DNA of 63,504 nucleotides, counting the filler, from Stramenopiles sp. TOSAG23-3 (Eukaryota): the NCBI GenBank assembly GCA_900128585.1. It is 9 parts of 9 records of this genome, joined end to end, with 100 filler letters (N's around TTAATTAATTAA, not from the genome) between each part and the next. Parts side by side here need not be neighbours in the genome. Positions count along the whole stretch, not along the records: positions 31,200 to 38,889 come from LT643116.1; positions 38,990 to 46,676 come from LT643117.1; 7 more parts are not named here. The stretch is one strand, 5' to 3'. Below, piece by piece: positions 31,200 to 41,055 of the stretch. A program made the translations under genes and the position numbers. The notes under the pieces were generated by a model. The model searched no databases. It saw only the letters and a list, made by a program, of their open reading frames with translations, and was not told the origin of the DNA. Position 1 is the first letter of the stretch, and the number at the start of each line of letters is the position of its first letter.

Positions 31200-34100
31200 G
31201 ACGGCACTGTATAATCTAGCCAGACAATACGGACTCAGACCAACACTGGCGCACTTGACTGCGGACACAAATAAGTGGAAAGCACTAGCCACAAAGCTTT
31301 GCCTAAGACTAAAACGGGCGCAAGCATCTAACCAAAACTGAAAAGTACATGCGTGGACACTTCTAACTATAATAGGGACGCTGAAAAAGCACCACCTAAA
31401 GAAGGACCACACGCTATATAAAAAAGAGGTCGACGAACTAGATGACTTGCTTATTGCGACATACTTAATGACTTTCGAAGGCACAACAAAACGAGCAAAA
31501 GAAAATATAGCATTAATTAAAGGCGCAACCAAGGACAAAAAAACAATCGGAGGAATATATATGATAATTCACCCAAAATCGAGACACAGGTACGTAGGAC
31601 AAACAGAAAATCTACAACGCCGACGAAGAGAACACTGGGCAGGATTAAAAAACGAAATAAATAACAAGGGTAACGAAATGAAGAGACTCTATAAGACCAT
31701 GAACAAACAAACAGATTCAGGCATGTGGATGTTCCTCGTATTAAGATACGACGACAGAGAATACGCACACAGAGAGAAGTATAAAAACAGAGTAGAACGA
31801 CTAAAACAAGAAAAACACTACATTTCAAAACTGAGACCCACCTTAAACTACCTAGAGACATACAGAAACAACGGAGGAAACGTCAAGAAACTAGGAACGA
31901 AAAGGCAACCAAACAAAACACACAGAAGAAAAGGGGGAAAACGTGAAACATACGAATTCAGAGCTCCAGACGAGACGAGGAAAATCGAAGAATTCACAAC
32001 ATTCGAAGTCAAAAAATCAAAAAGGAAATACACAATGTTAAACAGCACAATACAACTATATCCCAACCACGAAAAATTTAGGATCACGATCAAAAAAGGA
32101 AAAAGAGATATAACAAATTACCGTGCTGACCATAACCAATGTATCAGACACATTCAAAAAATCGTTAAGGAAATGAAAATAGGAGACAAAAAAACGATAC
32201 AAATGAAAGAAAGACAAACGGATGACCCACCCCCGGAAAAGATAAAAACACTGTTCAAAACAAAACCGGAAGAACTATGGAATAAATCAACAAAAACTCT
32301 GGAAAAACTATGGAAATACAGGAAAAACCTATGGAAACATAACAAGGAAAACAACGAGGTAAAAGGCAAAGAAATGAAGAAAGAAATGAAAAAAATCTTC
32401 AGATCGAGATACGGAATCAGCCCAGGTGATACACAATACATAGGAATACCGTACACGCCATCAGAACACCAACAGAAAAAACTAAAAAAAGTAGCCACCA
32501 GAGAATGGCACAACGCATACGGAAAAATGCCGAAATTCATCACAACCACAATAAGGAAACGATTCCACGTGAAAAAGAATCAAACCATTGGGGAAACGAT
32601 GATCAACATGCGACTGCATGCAAAGGAACATAAATCCAAACCAATATGCATGTGCCATCACGAAATATTCCAAGGACAGAAACGAAACGACGGACACAAC
32701 ATAATCAGAGCATCAGAGATAAAGAACGAAGAATACAAAGATCTAAAAAATGCACATATGCAAACAGTCCCGAGACCAGCGACAGTACACGTTATCAACG
32801 ATATGACGGAAGTGATAAGAGAAATACACAGAAAAACGTGGGAAGAACCAGAAAACGAAAGCAAAAAATGGAAGAAAAAAGAATCAAGACTTAAAAAAGA
32901 ACTATTCAATAAAATCTTCATAAAACCAAGAAACGTAGCACAAGGAAAAATACCCACAAGACGTCGAATCGCACAAGTAAAGAAAAAACTACAAGGACTC
33001 GTAATAACAAACATGGACCGCCACAGAGGCGAAGTGTCAATAGAATGCCCATGCAACCACTACAAAAACCTTGAAAAAATGTACGGACAAGAAAAGAACG
33101 CAACGGAAACAGAAAAAGAAATAATACGGAAAATGAAAAAAGAATACAAATGGAATCACATAGCAAAACTCAAAACAAAAGGAGGAATACCGGGACCGGT
33201 GTACAACCTAAACAAAGAAAAGGACATAACACGCCAACGCCCAGTCAGACCAAGCTTCGGAACAAGAAATAAACAACTAATGAGCATAACAGCAAGAGTT
33301 ATAAATTTCTGGATCGACAGAGCAAACCTGAAAACACGCAACTGGCATATAGCGAACGTACTAAATCTTAGAAAACACTGGGAGCGAGAGAAAAAGCGCA
33401 TCAGCATATACGGGAAAAGTACGAGATTCATATTCAAACCAGGTGATATAAAAGACTTCTTCACCACTTGTGAACACCATGAAGCAATAAACGCCGTCCA
33501 ATACATAAAAGAACGATACAAAGGAAAAACAAACCTGTACAGAGTGAGAAAAAGAGGAAGAAAAGGTGTCAAGAATACAACACGAGGGACACTAGGAGAC
33601 AAAAGATTCACGATCATATCTGCAGACGAAGTTATGGAAATCCTCCAATACACCCTCAAAAATCAATACTACAAAATGGGAAAAACGGTTAAACAACAAA
33701 CTATAGGATTCCCAATGGGAGAAGCGATAGCCCCACCAGGAGCCAACAGCATCGCAACGGCTGCAATGGAAAAATGGGCAGAAGAAAACGAACAAGAATT
33801 CAAACGCACAACAATCCTAAGATTCGTAGACGACATGATATCAATCATAGCATACGATGCAAACGATCCCGAAACACTAAAGACAGGACAAAAAATACTC
33901 AACAACCTCTACAAAGATAAAAAAACAAACGATAAAGGAATATTCAAGACACCGATCAGGATAATAGACGAACCACTCAACAAAGATGGATCATCGAATT
34001 TCCTAGAGGTAGAGTTAAACACAACAAAAGACAAAAAAGACCTGACCATGAGATACAAATACAAAAACGAAGAACACTTCAAACACGGTACAAAACGAAA

Positions 34101-34970
34101 GCTCAAAATCATAGTACCATACGATTCATGGGGACCAAAAGAGAGACACCACGCAAAGCTCATAGGAAAATTCCTACGCATGGAAATACTCACAGGGAAC
34201 AGGACAAACAAAAAAGACAAACGACTAAAAAAAGCGGCCACACCATTCATAGAAGAGTGCATCGAGCAAGGGTACCCACCGCAAATTATTCTTAAGAGCA
34301 TAAAAAAACTGGGAATCAAAGACCATCAATGGAAAACAATAATGAAAAAAATAACAATGGCCACCTACGCCGACCACCCCTATGGGAGAAGACTAGGAAG
34401 ACCGAAATTCCCAGAACACAACCAACGGAATCAACACCAACGGAAGTACCAAAGATACGAGCCACAAATGAGGCATTGGATGCTGGAACACCAGTGGAAC
34501 CAGATAAAGCAAGAGCGGCGAAACATCTAACAAACCCTTAAGGGAAAAACGAGACCAAAAAAAGGGAAATACAAATAAATAAGAATAAAGTATACTAAAC
34601 AAAGGAAACAACGAAGAAGAAGGAAAGAAACAGAAAAAGAAAAAAAGAAAAAAGAGGGAAGACCTAACAAAGAGAAAAAGAAACAACCAAAAACGTAACA
34701 CGTGACAGCAAAGAGAAAATGAACGTTGGGAAAAGTATGATCGTCACCATACATTCGTTTTTTAAAAAAAGAAAGAACAAACCTAATGTACTTGAACGCA
34801 TTTTAAACGCACTCCATCCGAAAAAATACCTTCAAACAGAAAAGATACGAGAAAGGATTAAAAACAAAAAAACAAAATTGTGAGCACTGACAGTAAACAG
34901 CAAAGATTAATTGCAAGCTTAATCTAATAGGATAACTCTACTATTCTAAAAACCAACTAACTAACTAACT
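31200..34970 (+). mobile_element. Penelope-like retroelement with N-terminal GIY-YIG (Naiad/Chlamys-type layout), 5' truncated by contig end
   Basis: Strongly A-rich segment encoding endonuclease then RT, with an A-rich 3' tail ending in (AACT)4 at 34955-34970. The 3' boundary is approximate. Confidence 0.8.
31447..34530 (+). CDS. GIY-YIG endonuclease-reverse transcriptase polyprotein
   Basis: GIY (31552-31560)..YVGQT..RRREH..E.HYI..L.PTLN; linker CMCHH..GH; RT motifs DIKDFFT, QTIGFPMG..IAP..AN, RFVDD (FVDD at 33823-33834), NFLEV; thumb motif EQGYP. First ATG at 31468; the frame stays open upstream except for one TGA. Confidence 0.9.
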   Translation: MLIATYLMTFEGTTKRAKENIALIKGATKDKKTIGGIYMIIHPKSRHRYVGQTENLQRRRREHWAGLKNEINNKGNEMKRLYKTMNKQTDSGMWMFLVLRYDDREYAHREKYKNRVERLKQEKHYISKLRPTLNYLETYRNNGGNVKKLGTKRQPNKTHRRKGGKRETYEFRAPDETRKIEEFTTFEVKKSKRKYTMLNSTIQLYPNHEKFRITIKKGKRDITNYRADHNQCIRHIQKIVKEMKIGDKKTIQMKERQTDDPPPEKIKTLFKTKPEELWNKSTKTLEKLWKYRKNLWKHNKENNEVKGKEMKKEMKKIFRSRYGISPGDTQYIGIPYTPSEHQQKKLKKVATREWHNAYGKMPKFITTTIRKRFHVKKNQTIGETMINMRLHAKEHKSKPICMCHHEIFQGQKRNDGHNIIRASEIKNEEYKDLKNAHMQTVPRPATVHVINDMTEVIREIHRKTWEEPENESKKWKKKESRLKKELFNKIFIKPRNVAQGKIPTRRRIAQVKKKLQGLVITNMDRHRGEVSIECPCNHYKNLEKMYGQEKNATETEKEIIRKMKKEYKWNHIAKLKTKGGIPGPVYNLNKEKDITRQRPVRPSFGTRNKQLMSITARVINFWIDRANLKTRNWHIANVLNLRKHWEREKKRISIYGKSTRFIFKPGDIKDFFTTCEHHEAINAVQYIKERYKGKTNLYRVRKRGRKGVKNTTRGTLGDKRFTIISADEVMEILQYTLKNQYYKMGKTVKQQTIGFPMGEAIAPPGANSIATAAMEKWAEENEQEFKRTTILRFVDDMISIIAYDANDPETLKTGQKILNNLYKDKKTNDKGIFKTPIRIIDEPLNKDGSSNFLEVELNTTKDKKDLTMRYKYKNEEHFKHGTKRKLKIIVPYDSWGPKERHHAKLIGKFLRMEILTGNRTNKKDKRLKKAATPFIEECIEQGYPPQIILKSIKKLGIKDHQWKTIMKKITMATYADHPYGRRLGRPKFPEHNQRNQHQRKYQRYEPQMRHWMLEHQWNQIKQERRNI

Positions 34971-35338
34971 ATTTTAAGAAGAAGAAAAACAACAACGACG
35001 ACGGTCGAATAATAAATAAAAAAAACAACAAAACACATAACACAAAACAACACACCCACAACACAAAAAAAAATATCAAATAATAATAATAATAATATTT
35101 TTTTGTTGAAAAAAACACATCATTTTTTGAGATTTGATGAGTCTCTTTTTTTTTTGTAACATAATAAGCTGGCACAATATTCAAGACAACATTTACTACT
35201 TTTTAACCATCGCCTTTACTTTAAAGCAATAAAATCCCCGACAAGAACAAGGCTTTCTTGTTTCATCTCTCTCTTCTGTACTATGTAATTAATATTCTGC
35301 GTGAGAAGTCCCAGGGAACTTTCGTACATACAACTATC

Positions 35339-36883
35339 ATGTCTGCGTCTGCTGCAATAAGAACGCTTGAGCAAAAGATTCTTTCGTTAAGACAGAACTT
35401 TGTCCCAAGGGAGGGGATTCTTCACACAGTTCGACAGTCTGGGCTCGTGGAAGCCGGGTCGGAAGAGTTATTTGCCGCGTCCGTGCTTGGATGGAAGATC
35501 CCTGGGGAATCAATCAAGCAGCTTAGTGATGGGTATTTCAAAACCCTAGTCTCCCGCTCGTACGCGTTGCCTTACAGTTTTCCCACGGTCGATAACCGGT
35601 TGCTAGAGTTTTGCGAGGGGAAACAATTGCAGGATGATGCCGAACGGCATGCACGGGGCACTCGTCCAATAGTTCACAGCCTTTTGCACGACTTGATGGC
35701 CGCCGTCTTGAGAGCAAAGCAAACACACGGGACAGCCGTGGAAATGAAAGTGTACGAACGTATGACCGTGACGGGGCTGTGCCACCGTTTGCTGACGAAA
35801 CGCCCCCTTGCGTTCTTGAATAGATGTGACAACTTCCTGCTACGGACGGGCGGGGGGGGGAGCGGGGCCGCGCTCTTCGATGCGATAGGAAAGGACCGCG
35901 ACGAGGGAAACGACCATGACATTGCTCTTGAAAGCCTTCAATCATACGACGAAATGATGCTTTCTGCATTGCTTGGCGTGTCTACCCCGACGCACTTTAT
36001 CAACTCGGGGGGGCGAAACAACCACGGCGTGAAACACCTTCAAGGGGTGGTGCCATGGGGGGTGTATGTGGCCCAGGTCGGGGCCCGATTTGAACGGCCT
36101 AACCAGATGGAATGGCGGCAAATGGTTGTTACACCACACCAGAACACAAAGGAACGCGGGTACGGGCCCGACGGAGACCCTGTCTTGCAAGCCTTTGCAC
36201 GATTTTACGGCCTGGAGTACTTTCCATGCTGGGACGAGGCCGTGGAGATTCAGAAGAAAGACTGCCTTCGGTACGTCGAATTTCGACCGTCTCGCTGGTT
36301 CGATACCCTCGTGTTCGCTCGAAGAATGAAATTGGTTGCCTCTACATTCTTAATCGAAGCTTCGGCACGGGCGAAGGCAGCGACCAGAGATGGCCAGGAG
36401 GTGCGCGCGGTGTGCCATATCGTCGGTCTTGGGCTAGGGGTGTGGAAACTCGTCGAGCAGCAGAACCAGATTTACGTAGACGCTTTCGCGGAGGCCGCGA
36501 GCGAGCTCCCAGAATCCACCATGAAACGCATCGGTGTGATATACTTTGCCTGGATTAGGGATGTGCGTTCGTGCGGTGGTGTGGGAGACTGCGATTACTT
36601 GCCGAACACTACGACGCGCGTGCGCTTCGGAAGTCGAGACCCGGCCGCGATGGATGACCTGATACGGGCGGGCACAGTCTTAGTTGCCCAGTACGCGTGG
36701 GACAGTAACGCATTCCCTGGGAACGAATACTGGCTTGGGTCGCTCTCAGCCAGTGGCGACCCTGCCGCAGCGTGCTGCTCGTTTATTCCGGAGTTGCAGA
36801 ATCCCGACGTCAACAAAGAGCACGTCAGCGGCGACAACATGCATGTCTGCGATCCTACGTCTGGCGAGGTCGTCAAAGTCTAA
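35339..36883 (+). CDS. DUF4804 / MavL-like atypical macrodomain protein (putative ADP-ribosylhydrolase)
   Basis: RLLTKRPLAF, SYDEMMLSALLGVS.PT.FINSG.R.N.G, VGARFE..MEW, VGLGLGVW and YAWDSNAFPGNEYWLGSLSASGDPAAACCS..ELQNP motifs, as I recall them for DUF4804. Confidence 0.78.
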   Translation: MSASAAIRTLEQKILSLRQNFVPREGILHTVRQSGLVEAGSEELFAASVLGWKIPGESIKQLSDGYFKTLVSRSYALPYSFPTVDNRLLEFCEGKQLQDDAERHARGTRPIVHSLLHDLMAAVLRAKQTHGTAVEMKVYERMTVTGLCHRLLTKRPLAFLNRCDNFLLRTGGGGSGAALFDAIGKDRDEGNDHDIALESLQSYDEMMLSALLGVSTPTHFINSGGRNNHGVKHLQGVVPWGVYVAQVGARFERPNQMEWRQMVVTPHQNTKERGYGPDGDPVLQAFARFYGLEYFPCWDEAVEIQKKDCLRYVEFRPSRWFDTLVFARRMKLVASTFLIEASARAKAATRDGQEVRAVCHIVGLGLGVWKLVEQQNQIYVDAFAEAASELPESTMKRIGVIYFAWIRDVRSCGGVGDCDYLPNTTTRVRFGSRDPAAMDDLIRAGTVLVAQYAWDSNAFPGNEYWLGSLSASGDPAAACCSFIPELQNPDVNKEHVSGDNMHVCDPTSGEVVKV

Positions 36884-37268
36884 TGGCCGTATAAATTTGT
36901 ATAAAATAAACACACCTAAACTTAATTGAAGTTTTAAAACAGATATTCTTGAAAGAGTCTGTTGCAGTTATTACTTTGTACCGTACGTATTTAAACCAGT
37001 TGCCTGACTATTTATCAGAGCAAGATGAGATTAAAAAATTAATGAGATGATTCTTACGAACACAAGCCCCGCATACGACCTTAAAACCCTTCTTGACTAA
37101 AGTGAACACAGTAAAAAAAAATTGAAATCGTTCATGTGGTATTGAACACTTCTAAATATAAATATTTTTACACATCAATATTTTGCTGTTAACACAGGAA
37201 GCATGATATCCCTAAATTATTTTAAAAAATACAAACCCAAACGAGTATTAAAAGTGCGTTAAATGACT

Positions 37269-38888
37269 TCAGCTCCTTAATTCCGGGCACACTTTTCCAT
37301 TGCTGGCGAAGTCTTCGTAAGCTTTCTTTGCTTTCGAAGCTGCCTCGTTTTCTACAGCAAACATCGCGTCGTCTAGGCGGGCTACCTCCTCTTCTCGGCT
37401 TGCTTCATTGTTATTTTTCACTTCTTGCTCCGCGGCAGTGAAGGCCTCATCTACATCATTGACTTTGCACATAACCTTACTGCAAGCTTTGTAAGGGCTT
37501 AACTGTGTTGCCCCTCGTTCCATGCTGCTAACATCACCTGCGGGCAAGAATTTCTTGCATTGTTTCTCGACAACTATTGCACTAACTGCATCGCACTTGG
37601 CTGGGAGAAGATTCATCGAAGTTGGCTTCGCCACTACTGGTACCGTTGGTTCCCCCCAGTCTGCGTTCCCCCAGTTTGCGAATTCCGTGTTGCTCTTTGC
37701 TTCCCGAAAGCGCAGACCAGAAGCACCCCTAGACTTTCCACTCGACAGCTCAGCAAATCGATGGGCAGAACCGCCGTAACACTTTAGTAAAGACGTTTCC
37801 TTGTCTTTAACAAACGATCCAAGAAAGCTTTTCCCACCAAATCCAATCTTTGGATTTTGAAACGGAGATCCACAAAGACCTTTCATCTTCTCCTCCTTGG
37901 AAGACATCATGTTGATGGCAACATCCATGAAAGAAATCCTACCGTTTCCACGCATAACAATGTTAATTCTTGCCTGGTTTTTGCTAGATACTATGTATGT
38001 GTTCTTTCCGTGGCGTCTCAAAGCTAAATTACCTCTGCTAGATTTTAACAAGCCACGTTGCTTGAAGGATTGCACGGTGCCGCAGTTTTCTCCATAGCTC
38101 GCAGACGCACCAAAATCTTTTGGGGAGAACAAGCTGATGCTTTCTAGCGCATCTTGGCGCTTCCTGCTAGTGTACTTTATCGCAACAGCCTTCACCCCCA
38201 GCATTCGTTTTTTACTCCCCTGAAGTGAGCCCACTTCAACATTGATACTGATGGTGTCGCCATTGGAAAGCTTGCGCGCTGACAGTATGTATTCCCCGGG
38301 AATAACGATGGACGATTCCAAGCCCTTGTTGAACGCGGCTATGTCCGCGTAATCGGATACTTTGCACACGTGGGCGTCCTGCTTGACATCGCAGGATTTT
38401 CCTGAAAACCCCTTGAGGCATAAGCATGTTCCTTCTCTGCATTGCCCACGCCCCGAGCACTCCATGCCCGCAGCGTTTTTTGGGCATCGCTCGCACAACG
38501 GCCCCCACGTAGGGCAATTTACAGAACAAGTACATGTTTCGGGGTCCAGCGACGCCCCGTTTTTGCACATGTCTGGGGTCCTTGTACAAACATTGCACAA
38601 TTTGCCACTCCAAAACTCGTTACACTTTCCGCATTTACAAAGTTTTTTATCCAGAACACCGCCATTTTTGCACGCGCCTTGTGACAGATCACAAACAGAA
38701 CCAAACGCCCCGCCCCAGTCGCTGCCCGCAGGCTTCACGCATTTGCATTTTTCCGCATTCAGCACACTGCCATGTTTACAGTCGGTTTCTTCAATGCCGC
38801 ATATATCACAGTTCAGACCCGTGAAACCCGCATCGCAGTTGCAGCTGCAAACGTGCCGATCTAGCGATCCATGCGCACAAACCCTCCC
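37269..38888 (-). CDS. EGF-like/Cys-rich repeat protein with vWD-like C-terminal region (5' partial)
   Basis: Repeated C..G..LD...C.C; CSGRGQCREGTCLCLKGFSGKSC; GEYIL and MKGLCG vWD-like motifs; frame is open to the contig end. Confidence 0.75.
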   Translation of the reverse strand, partial: GRVCAHGSLDRHVCSCNCDAGFTGLNCDICGIEETDCKHGSVLNAEKCKCVKPAGSDWGGAFGSVCDLSQGACKNGGVLDKKLCKCGKCNEFWSGKLCNVCTRTPDMCKNGASLDPETCTCSVNCPTWGPLCERCPKNAAGMECSGRGQCREGTCLCLKGFSGKSCDVKQDAHVCKVSDYADIAAFNKGLESSIVIPGEYILSARKLSNGDTISINVEVGSLQGSKKRMLGVKAVAIKYTSRKRQDALESISLFSPKDFGASASYGENCGTVQSFKQRGLLKSSRGNLALRRHGKNTYIVSSKNQARINIVMRGNGRISFMDVAINMMSSKEEKMKGLCGSPFQNPKIGFGGKSFLGSFVKDKETSLLKCYGGSAHRFAELSSGKSRGASGLRFREAKSNTEFANWGNADWGEPTVPVVAKPTSMNLLPAKCDAVSAIVVEKQCKKFLPAGDVSSMERGATQLSPYKACSKVMCKVNDVDEAFTAAEQEVKNNNEASREEEVARLDDAMFAVENEAASKAKKAYEDFASNGKVCPELRS

Positions 38889-38990
38889 TNNNNNNNNNNN
38901 NNNNNNNNNNNNNNNNNNNNNNNNNNNNNNNNNTTAATTAATTAANNNNNNNNNNNNNNNNNNNNNNNNNNNNNNNNNNNNNNNNNNNNG

Positions 38991-39293
38991 GGGGGTAGCC
39001 GCGAAAACTCGTCTCAGTTCGGGAACGGGGGAAGGGTGATGGGCGGTGGCGTGTCGACGGGCGGGTACCAGCCGAGCATGATGGGCCAGGGGAGGGGCGC
39101 CGGCCGTCCGGCCGCCGAGCCCAATCCGGCGCCCGCGCGGCAGCTTCCACCATCGTCTGGGGCGGGGCAGGGGGGCAACATGAACCGGCGGGACGAAGTG
39201 TGGGAACAGAAGAGGCAGCAGCGGCTGATGCGCAAGCAGCAGCAAAGCGGTCAGCAGCAGCAGCAGGGCAATTTCTCCGGGGGGAGGTGGTGA
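38991..39293 (+). CDS. 3' fragment of a Gly/Gln-rich protein
   Basis: GC-rich frame open from the contig start, ending ..WEQKRQQRLMRKQQQ..GGRW*. Confidence 0.55.
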   Translation, partial: GGSRENSSQFGNGGRVMGGGVSTGGYQPSMMGQGRGAGRPAAEPNPAPARQLPPSSGAGQGGNMNRRDEVWEQKRQQRLMRKQQQSGQQQQQGNFSGGRW

Positions 39294-39328
39294 GATAACA
39301 TACGGATTTTAAACAACAATATATTTAT

Positions 39329-39383
39329 TAAATACAAGAAAATTGGCTGTTATTTAAGTAATTAAATTTAGCTTCGTCGTACC
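39329..39383. repeat. Dispersed modular repeat, copy 4
   Basis: CAAGAAAATTGGCTGTTATTTAAGTAATTAAATTTAGCTTC. Confidence 0.8.
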
Positions 39384-39608
39384 CTTATTTTCAGAAAATG
39401 ACAATACGAGGTTCTTAAAATAAAATTAATTGTAGCTTTTATGACGTCGAGTAACTCCTCTTTGATTGCATAAGAGTGTGCATTTAAAAGAGTAAAGTAA
39501 GAACGTTAGTGCATGTGTTAAAAGTTAAAACCCTCTCTCTCTGCCTTTCCCCCACGCCTTCCTCTCTACGATCGTTCCGTTCTTCTCGCCGGCCCCCTCC
39601 CTCCGTAG

Positions 39609-40085
39609 CTACGACGAGGAGGAGAGGACGAGGGCAACGATGAGGCCGTACAGGGCGATGGCCTCTGCAAAGATCATGATCAAAATTAGCCCGACGTAGA
39701 GCCTGTCCTGCCTTCCGGAGCACCGTATCCCGGCGTCCCCTGCGATGCCAATGGACATACCAGAGGCCAGGCCGCAGAGACCGCAGCACAGGCCGGCGGC
39801 CAAGTCTTTAAACCCATTGTTGGGCGTGTACCCTTTCGCCGGGGAGTTGACTTTGTTCAACAAAATGACAGACACGATGAGACCGTAAATACCGATGACC
39901 CCTGCCATAACGACTGGTATAATGTTCTTCATGACCTTGCTGGGGGTCATGATTCCCATCCCCCCCAACCCAACGCCCGCCTTAGCAGTCCCATAGGCCG
40001 CCCCAAAATTACAAAAAACCAACGACGACGCGACCCCTAAAAAGCCAAAGAAGGCAGGGTAGTAATCGTTCGGACCAAGCGGCAT
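39609..40085 (-). CDS. ATP6V0C: V-type H+-ATPase 16-kDa proteolipid subunit c
   Basis: [51 protein letters not shown] with the conserved Glu. Confidence 0.96.
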   Translation of the reverse strand: MPLGPNDYYPAFFGFLGVASSLVFCNFGAAYGTAKAGVGLGGMGIMTPSKVMKNIIPVVMAGVIGIYGLIVSVILLNKVNSPAKGYTPNNGFKDLAAGLCCGLCGLASGMSIGIAGDAGIRCSGRQDRLYVGLILIMIFAEAIALYGLIVALVLSSSS

Positions 40086-41055
40086 GGTTGGTGTTCGGTA
40101 TTCAAAGATAACACGTATTTAAAATGGTGACGAGGTGAAAGGAGGGAGAAGGGGATTCATCCTTCGGTTTTCTTTTTGTTCGTTTAATCACCCATTCGTT
40201 CGTACCATTCCTTCATTCACATTAACTATACAGACGACTGTTGTTCATTATATTATTATTATTATTATATTTTATTCTTTGTTGTGTTTATTAAAAAAAA
40301 TTATTCTTTCTTCTTCTTCTTCTTCTTCTTTCTTCTTTCTTCTTTCTTCTTTCTTCTTTCTTCTTTCTTCTTTCTTCTTTCTTCTTCTTCTTCTTCTTCT
40401 TCTTCTTCTTCTTCTTCTTCTTCTTCTTCTTCTTCTTCTTCTTCTTCTTCTTCTTCTTCTCCTTCTTTTAATTAATTGGTTCAATGGTATGTAATGTACT
40501 TTGTATTCTATTCTGTATTAATATAGCTACATAGCATTGAATTGGATCGGATTTAAATACAACCAATGCCTTCTTTGGTTTTAATTTATTATAAGTTAGG
40601 AGTAGGGTTATTTCATCGTTTCAATACTATTTAATTTAATTTAATTTAAAATTTAGGATATGTAGTTATATAGGTAGATTTTAATAGTCTCTATTAGTTT
40701 AATAAGTATAATATATTAGAACCACTTTCCTTCTTTCCTTCTTTCCTTCTTTAAAAAAAAGGGGGGGGGCTTATTGAAAGGATGATATGGTATACTTATA
40801 TAATATATAAGTATAATATTAAACCTATCTATGTACTCTGCAAAAAGAAAAAGAAAAAAGAAAAAAGAAAAAAGAACGAATTTCACTCAAGGACAGCTAA
40901 ACTTAAACTCCAAGCCAAGATCAACCAGGAAGAAAGTAATGGGTAGGCAGGTATCCAAATAGACAAACGGACACAGCCTTTCATCTTTCCAATTCAATTC
41001 ATACGAACGCGACGATTCACCCTTGTCTTATTCTTTGCTTTGCTTTGCCATCAAC

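Noticed and set aside
34530-35260. Hammerhead ribozyme, pLTR or SECIS expected for the PLE
   Set aside because: No CTGANGA..GAAA core found by eye (TTGATGAG near 35135 lacks the rest); a small GTATG..CATAC hairpin near 34734-34752 is insufficient.
31200-36883. Functional link between the retroelement and the adjacent macrodomain gene (retron-like RT plus effector)
   Set aside because: The RT is PLE-type with its own endonuclease, base composition differs sharply, and ordinary host intergenic DNA separates them; adjacency is best explained by insertion.
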